64,000 bases of DNA from Nostoc sp. (GTDB taxonomy: Bacteria; Cyanobacteriota; Cyanobacteriia; Cyanobacteriales; Nostocaceae): the NCBI GenBank assembly GCA_036918135.1, contig JBALDB010000055.1, positions 1 to 64,000 of the forward strand, given 5' to 3'. The notes beneath the pieces are model-generated. The model was not told where the DNA came from. It saw only the letters and a program-made list of their open reading frames with translations, and ran no database searches. Each line of letters opens with the position of its first letter. Position 1 is the stretch's first letter. Below, piece by piece: positions 30,083 to 41,356 of the stretch. The translations under genes were made by a program, and so were the position numbers.

Positions 30083-30493
30083 TTATTTAAGAGCTGCTAA
30101 AGTGCGGCGTCCAGCTATTCCGTCTGCTCTTAATCCTTTGGACTTCTGAAATTTCATCACTGCTGCACGAGTCTTGTTATCAAAGACACCATTCACACTT
30201 GCCGTATAAAATCCTTGCTGCTTCAAAGAATTCTGAACATTTTTCACAGCCTCTCCCGTGCTGCCTACTCTAAGTACACTACCACTACTAGGCTTTGCCA
30301 TAGTATTGGACTTGTGCATAGCACTAGGCTTGTGCATAGCATTAGGTTTTTTCATAGTGCTGCCTTGCTGAGTACCTTGTGCGACACGGGTAGCAGTAGC
30401 CGGATTTTGGCTTTTGTTATTGGTTAAAGAGTAAGCAGGCACAGCAGTAGCTATAGTTAGAGCCGGGAGCAAAGCAAGTACTTTCCAATTCAT
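30083..30493 (-). CDS. Secreted peptidoglycan-binding domain protein with Met/His/Lys repeats
   Basis: Signal peptide, MxKPxA repeats, LRVGSTGEAV...FQKSKGLRADGIAG. Confidence 0.88.
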   Translation of the reverse strand: MNWKVLALLPALTIATAVPAYSLTNNKSQNPATATRVAQGTQQGSTMKKPNAMHKPSAMHKSNTMAKPSSGSVLRVGSTGEAVKNVQNSLKQQGFYTASVNGVFDNKTRAAVMKFQKSKGLRADGIAGRRTLAALK

Positions 30494-30708
30494 CTTTTTA
30501 TTTCTTCCAACTAGGTGAGATTTTGCAATTTCGATTTGATAGAATCATCTTTATAAGAGCTTGTGCCTTATCAATGATTCTCCTTAGTAGATTCTGGTGT
30601 GTGGATTTAGTATCAGACTATTTCCGAATCCAGAGCTATAGCATTACACGTGGTATTGACAGAGCTATTGCAAAATTGTGACAAAAATATGACTAAATTT
30701 ATTACAAT

Positions 30709-31690
30709 TTATGTCGCACGGAATTCTGTTATTAATTTTTGAAAATTCTGCTCATCTTCTTCAGCAATCAGCAAAATTGGATGTCCGTCAGGATCTTTTA
30801 TTAAATAACCTTGACTATAAGGAAATGAGCTATCTACAAACTGCACTTGGTTCTGTCGTAGCTTATCCACTAGCGGCTCAATATTATTTACAACTAATTC
30901 CATTTGAATATGTCCAATATCAGAACTTTTCCAGTCACTCGGTATAGGACGACCCTTTCCAGGCAAAATGTAGTCTAACAGTTCAATTCCCACACCATTT
31001 TCAACAGGTCGCAGTGCTGTAATTTGGACTTTAGCTTTTGGTAAATTATCCAAGTGAGTTTGGGTTGATTGCCAGTTAAGACTGCGGCTATCAATTTGTA
31101 TTAACAGAAGGTCGCGGTAAAAGTGTAGACTCTGCTCGGTGTTGGAAACTGCGATCGCACTATGATCGATTCCTAAAAATAAGCGATTCGTGTGCTGATG
31201 CCATTTATCTTGTCCTTTGTCAGGCGGAAACCAAATTAACTCTAAATCATGACCGTCAGGGTCTTTAAATTTGAAAGCGCGCACACCAGCCGAGGCTTCA
31301 TTATCAGGAGGCATTGTTTGCGGTGCAACGGATATGGATTCAATGGTAAACGAACGCAGATGAATATAAGCGCGATCCATATCACTCACCACAATCGCCA
31401 TGTGTTGAAACCACAAATCATTACTCTGTGAATCACTAGGGATAGATTTTCCCTTCAGGTTGAGATACTCCATTAACTTGATAAGTTCATTACCTAGCCG
31501 TAAAGTCACAATCCGAATCTTTGTGCCAGTCACAGCTTCTAGGTTGCTATCATTTTCTGCTGCAACAGTGATGTCAGAAACGAGTTCAAAATCAAGTGCT
31601 TGTCTATAGAAATCTAAAGAGCGATCGCAGCTTGTCACCGTTAAGCCAATAGCTCTAATTTTCTGTACCTGTACATTGTGACTACACATA
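30709..31690 (-). CDS. VOC/glyoxalase family protein (two domains)
   Basis: SLDFY, FQHMAIVV, FKDPDGHDLEL, IDHSAI; probable ATG at 31690. Confidence 0.85.
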
Positions 31691-32062
31691 TTTAACAGCC
31701 TCTGTACTAAAAAAATCAATTTGCAAGTTGCTATAATATCTATTTTTTGATTATCACAAACTGCCGTAATTTTCTGTTTTAAGGATTTCATCCAATAATT
31801 AAATTTTTCTAATTCTTTAGTTAGAGATGTTTTTTACTTCAACAGTTAGAAGCGATCGCCACTACAAACTTCTAAAGTAATGCCAGAATCTAAAAATTGT
31901 TCTCCTAAATCAAGTACATATAAGTGATATTTAGCACAAGCTAGTTATAAGTTTGTTTTATAAGCAGCTCCACGATTGAAGCTATCAAATCAGTCATCAT
32001 TTCTAAATGCTGCTAATTGGCAGTATCACAGACAATAAAGCTCTACATTTTAAGGAAACACT

Positions 32063-32875
32063 ATGAGCTACTCCCCTTATCTGCTCAAAGGTCAAAAAGC
32101 ACTTGTAACGGGTGCTAGTTCTGGTATTGGTGAAGCTATAGCTCGCCATTTAGCTTCATCAGGTGCAGCAGTAGCTGTTAACTATCATTCGGAAGCCGAA
32201 GAAGCCCAAAAAATTGTTGATGATATCAAAGCTGCAAACGGTGAAGCTTTTACAATCCAAGCCGATGTCAGTAACGAAGATGAAGTTAAGGCGATGTTTA
32301 GCCAGACACTTAAGCACTTCGGAACCATTGATATTTTAGTGAATAACGCAGGTCTGCAAAAAGATGCACCTTTTGTAGATATGAGCCTTAATCAGTGGAA
32401 TACAGTTATTGGAATAAACCTGACAGGACAATTCTTGTGTGCGCGAGAAGCTGCTAAGGAATTCTTACGCCGAGGTGTGAAGTCTGATATTTCTTGTGCC
32501 GCAGGTAAGATTATTTGCATGAGTTCAGTGCATCAAGTAATTCCTTGGGCAGGTCACGTCAATTACGCTGCTAGTAAAGGCGGAATTAATATGATGATGC
32601 AAAGTATTGCCCAAGAACTTGCTCCCCACAAAATTCGCGTCAATAGTATTGCCCCTGGTGCTATCAAAACTCCAATTAATAAATCAGCTTGGGACACACC
32701 AGAAGCAGAGGCGAAGTTATTAGAATTGATTCCCACAAAACGTGTGGGTAACGTAGACGATATTGCTAAAGCAGCAGTTTGGCTAGCTTCTGATGAATCT
32801 GATTATGTCAATGGCACAACACTTTTTGTAGACGGTGGCATGACCTTGTATCCGGGGTTTGCGGATAATGGGTAA
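32063..32875 (+). CDS. Glucose 1-dehydrogenase-like SDR
   Basis: TGASSGIG, NNAG, SSVHQVIPW, YAASK, PGAIKTPIN. Confidence 0.9.
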   Translation: MSYSPYLLKGQKALVTGASSGIGEAIARHLASSGAAVAVNYHSEAEEAQKIVDDIKAANGEAFTIQADVSNEDEVKAMFSQTLKHFGTIDILVNNAGLQKDAPFVDMSLNQWNTVIGINLTGQFLCAREAAKEFLRRGVKSDISCAAGKIICMSSVHQVIPWAGHVNYAASKGGINMMMQSIAQELAPHKIRVNSIAPGAIKTPINKSAWDTPEAEAKLLELIPTKRVGNVDDIAKAAVWLASDESDYVNGTTLFVDGGMTLYPGFADNG

Positions 32876-32997
32876 AAAAAGGACTAGGGACTAAAGAACA
32901 GAGTCAGTATTTCTCCACAGCAGTTGCTACAACACTCTTAACCCTGGCAACGCACTGCCTCTCCCTGCTCAAGAACTGCCCTCTTCTCCTAACTTCT

Positions 32998-35118
32998 ATG
33001 CCTACAAAAGTTATTGTCAATTCTGGTTTAATAACGATTAACGATGGTTCTTCATTTTTGGTTACAGCTAGTGATGGTTCCATCGATGACAATCAAGCTC
33101 AAGGCTTTTTCGTTGGTGATACGCGCTTAATTTCTTACTACGAAATTTCTCTTAATCGTTATCCACTTATATTACTAGCTTCTAGTAACATCACGCATCA
33201 TAGTGCGCTTTACCAATTTACCAATCCGCAATTTACCACTGTCAAGGGCATTTTACCTTATGGTAGTTTGCTTGTAACTATCCGGCGTGACATTGTAGGG
33301 GGGATGCACGAAGATATCGATATCACAAACTATCACTTAGAACCAGTTGAGTTTCAACTGATGCTAGCAATTCGTTCGGATTTTGCAGATATTTTTGAGG
33401 TGAAAGCAAAGAACATTCTGACACGGGGAGAGACAGCAACAATATGGAAAGATGGAATACTCTCTACTGAGTACCGAAATGATTCTTTTTTACGAGGCAT
33501 TATAACTGAGACAGTCTGTGCGAGTTCAACAGCAAGATATGCCAACGGTCGTTTAATGTTTGATGTTGCGATCGCTCCTAAGGAAACATGGCATACCTGT
33601 ATCAACTTTACAGCCAAAGCCAATGGAAATGTCCTCAAACCTCAAGCAACCTGTACTGTGTCTCACAATACAAAAGCTGGAGAGGTAAGGGATGAATTTC
33701 TGACTCATGCGACACAGTTGCGATCGTCTAATGCTGAGATTCAAGGATTTTATCAGCAGGCGCTGGTCGATATGGGAGCCTTGCGGATTGAAGTAAATGA
33801 CAACGGCCAGCGATTTTGGATGCCTGCGGCTGGTATTCCTTGGTTTGTGGCTGTGTTTGGACGAGACTCAATTATTGCCAGCTTGCAAACGATCGCAGTT
33901 TACCACGATTTTGCCCGTGGTACGTTGATTAGATTGGCTCAACTACAGGCAACTGAGATAGATGACTGGCGCGATGCCCAACCAGGCAAAATGCTGCATG
34001 AATTGCGTGAAGATGAGTTAACTCAAATCAATGAGTTGCCTTACAGACCTTACTATGGAACGGTAGACACTACCATTCTCTGGATTATTACTTTAGCTGA
34101 AACCTATTCTTGGAACGCTGACATTGGTATGCTGAATGAATGTCGAGCGTCATTAGAGAAGGCACTTGTATGGATTGATAAATACGGCGACTTTGATGGC
34201 GATGGGTTCGTTGAATATTTAACTCGTTCCTCGAAAGGACTAGACAATCAGGGTTGGAAAGATTCGGGTGACTCAATGGTTTATCCGAATGGCAAGTTAG
34301 TTGATCCACCAATAGCTTTGTGCGAGGTACAAGGCTACGTATACGATGCTTGGCTAAAAGCAGCTTTAATTTATGATGTGTGGGGAGAAAAAGAACTAGC
34401 CCAGAAGCTACGGCAAAAAGCAGAATCACTTTATCAAAGATTCAATGAACAATTCTGGATGGAATCAGAGAACTTTTACTGTCTTGGTTTAGATAACAAC
34501 AAGCAGCAAATCCAATCAATTACCTCAAATCCTGGGCATCTATTATGGTCTGGTATCGTACCCCAAGAAAGAGCAAAAAAGGTTGTTGAGCGACTTTTCC
34601 AAGGAGATATGTGGTGTGGTTGGGGTGTGCGGACTCTTTCATCTCAAAATCCAGCTTATAACCCAATTAGTTATCAACGGGGAAGTGTATGGCCGCATGA
34701 CAACTCGATTATTGCCGCCGGATTAAAACGTTACGGCTACCACACAGAAGCTAACCGCATCGCCGAGGGTATTTTTGCTGCTGCTAGTTATTTTCAATCT
34801 GGGCGAATGCCAGAATTATTTGCGGGAATTGAACGCCAAGAGAATAACTTTCCCGTACCTTATCCAGATGCCAATATACCCCAAGCTTGGGCTGCTGGCT
34901 CAATTCTTTTACTCATTCGCACCATTTTAGGACTCGAAGCCGATGCACCACAGCGAAACTTAAAGCTACAGCCTAATCTCCCAGATTGCTTGCCAGATTT
35001 AGAACTGACAAATTTATCCGTGGGAAACGCTAATGTATCATTGCATTTTTGGCGGGAAGGAAAACAAACGCGATGGGAAATTACTCATCAAGATGGCGAA
35101 TTACAATTTTCTACTTAA
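32998..35118 (+). CDS. Amylo-alpha-1,6-glucosidase / glycogen-debranching family
   Basis: AAGIPWF, FGRDS, QGWKDS, YQRGSVWPHD, PQAWAAG. Confidence 0.9.
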   Translation: MPTKVIVNSGLITINDGSSFLVTASDGSIDDNQAQGFFVGDTRLISYYEISLNRYPLILLASSNITHHSALYQFTNPQFTTVKGILPYGSLLVTIRRDIVGGMHEDIDITNYHLEPVEFQLMLAIRSDFADIFEVKAKNILTRGETATIWKDGILSTEYRNDSFLRGIITETVCASSTARYANGRLMFDVAIAPKETWHTCINFTAKANGNVLKPQATCTVSHNTKAGEVRDEFLTHATQLRSSNAEIQGFYQQALVDMGALRIEVNDNGQRFWMPAAGIPWFVAVFGRDSIIASLQTIAVYHDFARGTLIRLAQLQATEIDDWRDAQPGKMLHELREDELTQINELPYRPYYGTVDTTILWIITLAETYSWNADIGMLNECRASLEKALVWIDKYGDFDGDGFVEYLTRSSKGLDNQGWKDSGDSMVYPNGKLVDPPIALCEVQGYVYDAWLKAALIYDVWGEKELAQKLRQKAESLYQRFNEQFWMESENFYCLGLDNNKQQIQSITSNPGHLLWSGIVPQERAKKVVERLFQGDMWCGWGVRTLSSQNPAYNPISYQRGSVWPHDNSIIAAGLKRYGYHTEANRIAEGIFAAASYFQSGRMPELFAGIERQENNFPVPYPDANIPQAWAAGSILLLIRTILGLEADAPQRNLKLQPNLPDCLPDLELTNLSVGNANVSLHFWREGKQTRWEITHQDGELQFST

Positions 35119-35166
35119 TTATCAAATAGTATAAAACTCTTCTAATAAAGATAGACATTCATAAAA

Positions 35167-36405
35167 ATGCACAGTATCAACCCTTTTACTGACCCGATAA
35201 GTGGAATTTTTCTAGCACTCAACATGACATTCTCCATGTTCTGGGAAATTCTCTGGGCGCTGATTCTAGGTTTTACACTATCAGGCATTGTTCAAGCGGT
35301 AATTTCCAAAGGGGAAATGAGTCGGCTACTGCCAGATGCATCACCAAAGTCGATTGCAGTAGCTTGTGGTTTAGGTGCGGCTTCATCGTCATGTTCTTAT
35401 GCTTCTGTCGCCCTTGCGCGTTCCATCTTTCGCAAAGGCGGAAACTTTACAGCCGCAATAGCATTTCAATTTGCCTCAACTAATTTAGTAATTGAACTGG
35501 GCATTATCTTGGCAGTATTAATGGGGTGGCAATTTACCCTAGCTGAGTTTGTCGGCGGACTGTTAATGATTGCAATATTGGTGCTTATATTCAAAGTATT
35601 CCTAAAATCCAAGCTAGTGCAAGCAGCTAAACAGCAGGCAAACCGTGGTCTCTCTGGCAAAATGGAAGGACACGCCAACATGAATATGTCGGTGACAGAA
35701 GGTTCTATCTGGCAAAGGATTTTTTCCGATCGAGGGTTTACAGCCATTAGCCACTACTTTGTGATGGACTGGGTTTCGGTGTGGTTGGATATTGCACTAG
35801 GATTAGTGATTGCAGGTGCTTTGGCTGCTTGGATACCTAATGAATTTTGGCAAGCATTCTTTTTTACAGATCACCCGATATGGTCGAAATTATGGGGGCC
35901 GATTGTCGGCCCAATTGTCGCGATCTTCTCTTTTGTTTGTTCTGTGGGCAATGTTCCTCTTGCAGCTGTGCTGTGGAATGGAGGTATTAGCTTCGGAGGC
36001 GTAGTAGCATTCATTTTTGCTGACTTGATTGTACTGCCAATTTTAGACATTTACCGCAAATATTACGGACTAAAAGTTAGCACATTTTTATTCATTACTT
36101 TCTACACAGCAATGGTGAGTGCAGCACTGATCGTTGAAATTTTGTTCCAAGTTTTAGGGTTAATCCCACAAGAACACAAAGCCAAAGTAGTTGAAGCATC
36201 TATTAGATTTAACTACACTACAGTGTTGAATATTTTATTTTTAGCTTTAGCAGTTTTATTAGTTATGCGGTTCTTTAAAACTGGTGGGCCTAATATGCTG
36301 CGAATGATGAATAGTGACAGTCAACAAGAACATAGTCAACATCATCATAGTATGCATTACGCTGTTGTTAAGAGGAGAAAATCTGTTAAAAAGTTACCTA
36401 TTTAG
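35167..36405 (+). CDS. Predicted permease (DUF318-like)
   Basis: GAASSSCSY, ASTNL, FVCSVGNVP, His-rich tail. Confidence 0.85.
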   Translation: MHSINPFTDPISGIFLALNMTFSMFWEILWALILGFTLSGIVQAVISKGEMSRLLPDASPKSIAVACGLGAASSSCSYASVALARSIFRKGGNFTAAIAFQFASTNLVIELGIILAVLMGWQFTLAEFVGGLLMIAILVLIFKVFLKSKLVQAAKQQANRGLSGKMEGHANMNMSVTEGSIWQRIFSDRGFTAISHYFVMDWVSVWLDIALGLVIAGALAAWIPNEFWQAFFFTDHPIWSKLWGPIVGPIVAIFSFVCSVGNVPLAAVLWNGGISFGGVVAFIFADLIVLPILDIYRKYYGLKVSTFLFITFYTAMVSAALIVEILFQVLGLIPQEHKAKVVEASIRFNYTTVLNILFLALAVLLVMRFFKTGGPNMLRMMNSDSQQEHSQHHHSMHYAVVKRRKSVKKLPI

Positions 36406-36445
36406 GTATAAAATTATAAGTCTTAAGCTAGCTACTACTTACCTC

Positions 36446-37384
36446 ATGGCAACTGATTCATCGAAAAAAACAATCTTTGCAGCGATGGGTGCTAACTTAG
36501 CGATCGCTGTTACTAAATTTATTGCTGCCGCCATTACCGGCAGTTCGGCCATGATATCTGAAGGGATTCATTCAATTGTAGATACTGGCGACCAACTGTT
36601 ACTTTTGTTAGGACTCCGCATGAGCCAAAAGCCAGCAGATGATAGCCATCCCTTTGGTTATGGTCAAGAACTTTACTTTTGGACTTTAATCGTTGCTATC
36701 CTGATTTTTGCCATTGGTGGGGGTATGTCAATTTATGAAGGAATTACTCATTTAAGAAACCCCAGCCCTTTAGAAGACCCAATGTGGAATTATATTGTAT
36801 TAGGTATAGCAATTATACTTGAGGGTTATTCTTGGACTGTAGCTTTAAAAGAGTTCTTGCCAACCAAGGGTAAAGAACATTTCTGGCAAGCAATCAAAAA
36901 CAGTAAAGACCCTACAGTATTTACTGTTTTATTTGAAGATTCGGCGGCAATTTTGGGCTTAGTTGTTGCCTTTTTAGGAATTTTTTTGGGACACTTATTT
37001 AATAATATTTATTTTGATGGTATTGCCTCGATTATTATCGGTATTATCTTAGCTATAGTAGCAGTATTATTAGCAAAGGAAAGTAAAGGATTATTAGTTG
37101 GAGAAAGTGCTAATCCTCAAACTATAACCAGCATCCGTTCTTTGTCAAAAACAGAACCAGAGGTAAAAGAAGTTGTCCGTGTGCTAACGATGCAGCTTGC
37201 TCCCCAGGAAGTGTTACTCAATTTAGAAATTCAATTTTTCCAAAATCTTACAGGCGAGCAAATAGCAGTAACTGTAGATAATTTAGAAACTAAAATTCGC
37301 CAAAAACATCCTGAAATTAAACTAATTTTTATCGAAGCTAAATCCTTAAGTGCTATTCGCAAATCTTCTCAAAGTTATGAATAA
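36446..37384 (+). CDS. Cation diffusion facilitator transporter
   Basis: SEGIHSIVD, HPFGYG, EDSAA; probable ATG at 36446. Confidence 0.9.
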   Translation: MATDSSKKTIFAAMGANLAIAVTKFIAAAITGSSAMISEGIHSIVDTGDQLLLLLGLRMSQKPADDSHPFGYGQELYFWTLIVAILIFAIGGGMSIYEGITHLRNPSPLEDPMWNYIVLGIAIILEGYSWTVALKEFLPTKGKEHFWQAIKNSKDPTVFTVLFEDSAAILGLVVAFLGIFLGHLFNNIYFDGIASIIIGIILAIVAVLLAKESKGLLVGESANPQTITSIRSLSKTEPEVKEVVRVLTMQLAPQEVLLNLEIQFFQNLTGEQIAVTVDNLETKIRQKHPEIKLIFIEAKSLSAIRKSSQSYE

Positions 37385-37541
37385 AATTTGACTTCTAAAT
37401 AAATGAATATATTTAATCATTAAATAGACAAAGTTCAAAGAAGTTATACACTTCAAATATTTAAACACTAAAGTGCTGACTAAAAACCTATTGATTAAAG
37501 ATTTTTATAACACAAACGCACAATTAAATGGAGCTATCTTT

Positions 37542-38000
37542 ATGCAGAATAACCAATCGCCCAAGCCGACAATTGAATACTGGCACGTCTGGATTGACCA
37601 AGACGGTGTAAGCCACCAGTCCCGTTGTCAAATTCAGGACTTCATTCAAAAAGGCATAGCCCCGGATACCTCGCCCCAGTGGCTTTCTAATTTGAAGCAG
37701 TCTGGTGCAACAATCAGCTTTACTGTGCTACCTGTGGGATGGGTTGGCAGCTGGCATGAGAACCCGAAACCCCAATGGGTCATTCCTCTGTCAGGACGTT
37801 GGTTTGTGGAGACTATGGACGGCCAACGAGTAGAGATGGGGCCTGGTGAAATTTCATTTGGAGAAGACCAAGGTACGAAACCGGACGCACAAGGTCATAA
37901 AGGTCACTTATCTGGAACGGTGGGCGATGAGCCAGCTGTTTTGATAATGGTACAACTCGACGAGACTCCGACTATTGAGCAATCTTGTCGATTTAGCTAA
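37542..38000 (+). CDS. Cupin-domain protein
   Basis: WHENPKPQW, GEDQ, GHLS; probable ATG at 37542. Confidence 0.8.
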   Translation: MQNNQSPKPTIEYWHVWIDQDGVSHQSRCQIQDFIQKGIAPDTSPQWLSNLKQSGATISFTVLPVGWVGSWHENPKPQWVIPLSGRWFVETMDGQRVEMGPGEISFGEDQGTKPDAQGHKGHLSGTVGDEPAVLIMVQLDETPTIEQSCRFS

Positions 38001-38428
38001 GACTTACTCAAAACGACTAGCATTTGATATCTTTCTAGAGGACGATAAGAAACTATAGTAATATCAATACTATAGTTTCTAAATATGTATATCATCTAGT
38101 CCAACAACTCTATTTTCTACTGGAGTCATCCATTAAAAATTTTCATTTGGGTACAAATATTCCTCCTATAGCATTCCTAAATCATTTGTGAAAAACTACA
38201 ATTAACTGATGACTAATAACAGCCTTAACAAAAAATTTCACAACTAACAATCGGATTGCTATAAATTGCATAAATGTTTTGTCGGATTTTGTAAGAGCTA
38301 AACTCAACAGTTACCAGTGTTGTTTTCAATAAGCAAGAAAATGGAAAAATAGTCAGTTTATTTTTGAGTCTGTTAAGCCTTAATTTTAATTCTTTGATAA
38401 CCAAAATAAATTATCATCTTGGTTATCG

Positions 38429-39280
38429 ATGTTAGTTCTAGTTATGTCATCTAAAATTTGCAGTCATCCTTATTTTTTAACTACCCAGCCATCTAATCCT
38501 AGTTATCCACTTTTTGTATTTCTACCAGGGATGGATGAGACTGGAAAGGAACTAATGTATATCCAAACAGCAAGTTTAGAAGCCGCTTTTAATGTACGTT
38601 GTTTTGTGATTCCACCTGATGAGCTAACAAGTTGGGATAAAATTACAGAACAACTAGTAAATTTAATCAAGATAGAACTAGAAAAAGTACCGCACAGACA
38701 CGTTCGCGTAGCGTCTCGTAGAGAAGTGGCTTGTCGTGAGATATCGCCTGTTTATCTCTGTGCAGAATCATTCGGTGGTTGTTTGGCGCTAAAAGTTTTA
38801 GAGAAATTTCCTCAACTATTTACAAAAATTATTTTAATTAATTCTGCTTCTTCATTTCATAAAGTACCTTGGCTAAATTTAGGTTCGCTGTTGTTTCCTT
38901 ACACACCTAATTTATTTTATAAAATTTCTTCATTAATATCTTTACCTTTTTTAGCCAATTTAAATCGAATTTCACCTGCTGCTAGCCAAGCTCTTTTAAA
39001 ATCGACCAGTTCTGCACCAAAAGATACTGCTAATCAGCGTTTATCTTTAATGAGAGAATTTGAGATTGATGAAAAAAAGTTATCTAAAATTACTCAACCT
39101 GTCTTACTGATTGCAAGTAAAAATGACCGACTCTTACCTTCACAAGCAGAGGTACAATGTTTAAGTAATATTTTTCCTAATTCTCAAATAATAACTCTAC
39201 CTAATAGCGGTCATGCTTGCTTAGTTGAAACGGATGTTAATCTTTATCAAATTTTATTATCAGCTAATATTGTTACATAA
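38429..39280 (+). CDS. Alpha/beta hydrolase
   Basis: FLPGMD, AESFGG nucleophile elbow, DRLLP, SGH. Confidence 0.88.
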   Translation: MLVLVMSSKICSHPYFLTTQPSNPSYPLFVFLPGMDETGKELMYIQTASLEAAFNVRCFVIPPDELTSWDKITEQLVNLIKIELEKVPHRHVRVASRREVACREISPVYLCAESFGGCLALKVLEKFPQLFTKIILINSASSFHKVPWLNLGSLLFPYTPNLFYKISSLISLPFLANLNRISPAASQALLKSTSSAPKDTANQRLSLMREFEIDEKKLSKITQPVLLIASKNDRLLPSQAEVQCLSNIFPNSQIITLPNSGHACLVETDVNLYQILLSANIVT

Positions 39281-39752
39281 TCTACTATTTTGAATTGCAG
39301 GTATTATTTTTACAAGTGCAATGATACTAGGTGCGCTCGTTGTCTTGATTAGTGATACTAGTTAAATATAGCCAGTTGCATAATAGAATTTTAGCAGTAT
39401 TTGGCGGTAATCCAATCAAGAATAAGCTGGAGATTTTATTAGTATAAGGGCGCTCATCTATTAAGTTGAAGATATTATCGTTAACTTACGATCGCGATCG
39501 CAGTTTTAGATATTGACTCTAACTTAGTTGGTATTCAAACAGAGTATGGGAGTCGGAATTGATGAATTTTGGCTAAATGTTGTCTTTGAATCCATTATGT
39601 AGCCGAAACAAATTTAAAAATTATTAAACAAGTTGAAATCTATACAAACTTGATTTCAACTTGATTGTGTCGCTTTGATTATTGTATCCGAGCGATCGCT
39701 TATCTAATTTGCGTGATATCATATTAAGTTAAATAGCCTTAGTAATATAACT

Positions 39753-39784
39753 AACCCTACCCCCTCTCAGGGGTGGGGTTTTTT
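39753..39784 (+). terminator. Intrinsic terminator
   Basis: AACCCTACCCC...GGGGTGGGGTTTTTT. Confidence 0.65.
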
Positions 39785-40190
39785 ACGTCAGTAGCGACTT
39801 TTTCGGATGTCAAGTGATGCAAATACAACTTTCAGAAGATTGGCATCTGCTTAGTAAGATAAATCCAGCTAAAATTGCGTAAATTGTCTATAAAAATTAA
39901 ATTTTTGAGTTACAAAAGTTAGTTTCTGGCTTAGAAACTCGACTTTTACCCCTAATTTCTAATTCACAATCCCTTTTACTGCAATTTAAGATTGAAGCCG
40001 CCACGCAAACCTTTAAGATTGTAATCTGCATAATTTGAGAAATTACTACAGTTTATTACCATAAGTGTTTGAATGCAGAATTTAATTAAAGTTAATTATC
40101 TGATTGACTTTACTGAACAATAAGTAAATATTAGTACTCAAAATACTGAGAATAGATTATAAAATGAATTGACGATCGTGAAACTGGAAA

Positions 40191-41303
40191 ATGAAACGTT
40201 CAAATCGCCTCGCTTGGATGGGAGCGATCGCACTTGCAGCGATCGTTTTACTGACTTTGATTGCAGCTCCTAATAATACCAAACTTGAGGCAGGTTCTAC
40301 TTATAACCGTGCCCCTAATGGCTATGGAGCTTGGTATGCTTTCATCCAACATCAAGGAATTTCTATCAAGCGCTGGCAAAAGCCTTTTAGTGAAATTAAA
40401 TCAGAGAATAGCCCAGTTACCTTCCTTGTAATTAGCAGCTATCCCAGAGATACAACGCTTGATAGTCAAGAACGTGAATGGGTAGAAAAAGGAAATACTT
40501 TGGTAATCTTAGGTATCGGGGCGCGAGTTACAGAAGCAGACTTTACCACTTTGCAAAAATCCCCCCAAGGCGATATTAAAATTGATACGCGCAGGCGAAA
40601 TAAAAAAGTTAACCAAAAGCAGATTGATTTAGGCGATCGCTTTGGTGCTATTGTTTGGCAAGAAAAATACAAGCAAGGCAACGTAATTTTTTCTACCACT
40701 CCTTATTTAGCCGCCAACGCTTATCAAGATAATTTCAGTAATTTTAGGTATTTAACCGATATAGTCACCAAAAACAGTAACACAGTACTTGTGGATGAAT
40801 ACATCCACGGCTATAAGGATGCCGATGTCAGGCAGAAAGAAAGCGAAGGAGATTTATCTAGTTTTTTTGCTAAGACTCCTTTATTTCCAATATTTATCCA
40901 AGTAAGTATTCTATTATTGGTGCTGATTTGGGCGCAGAATCGCCGTTTTGGGAAACCAGTAACTTTAGATACACTAGTCCTAGACAACAGCAAGGCATAC
41001 ATCCAAGCCTTAGCCTTAGTGTTGCAGAAAGCTGATACCACTGACTTTGTAACTGAGATGGTGGGAAAACAAGAACAATTGCAACTGCAAAAAGCCTTGG
41101 GATTAGGACAAATACCTCTAGAACACCAAGCTTTGCTCAATTTCTGGGTAGAAAAAACAGGTGCAAGTGCCGCAGAACTAGATGCCGTTTTAAAGCTACA
41201 ATCACGCAAACAGCGCATGAGCGAACAAGAGCTGTTAAGCTGGTTGGGAAAATGGCGAACCATTAGGGAAATTCAAAATTCAAAATTCAAAATTCAAAAT
41301 TAA
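40191..41303 (+). CDS. DUF4350-like membrane protein of a MoxR operon
   Basis: STYNRAPNGYGAW, DEYIHG, RRFG; directly upstream of MoxR. Confidence 0.8.
   Translation: MKRSNRLAWMGAIALAAIVLLTLIAAPNNTKLEAGSTYNRAPNGYGAWYAFIQHQGISIKRWQKPFSEIKSENSPVTFLVISSYPRDTTLDSQEREWVEKGNTLVILGIGARVTEADFTTLQKSPQGDIKIDTRRRNKKVNQKQIDLGDRFGAIVWQEKYKQGNVIFSTTPYLAANAYQDNFSNFRYLTDIVTKNSNTVLVDEYIHGYKDADVRQKESEGDLSSFFAKTPLFPIFIQVSILLLVLIWAQNRRFGKPVTLDTLVLDNSKAYIQALALVLQKADTTDFVTEMVGKQEQLQLQKALGLGQIPLEHQALLNFWVEKTGASAAELDAVLKLQSRKQRMSEQELLSWLGKWRTIREIQNSKFKIQN
41269..41301 (+). repeat. Heptamer tandem repeat (AAATTCA)n, STRR-type
   Basis: About 4.5 copies at the gene 3' end. Confidence 0.85.
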
Positions 41304-41356
41304 CTTTTTGGAATTATGCATAATATTTCTGCGTTGCTTATTTATCAATAAAAAAT

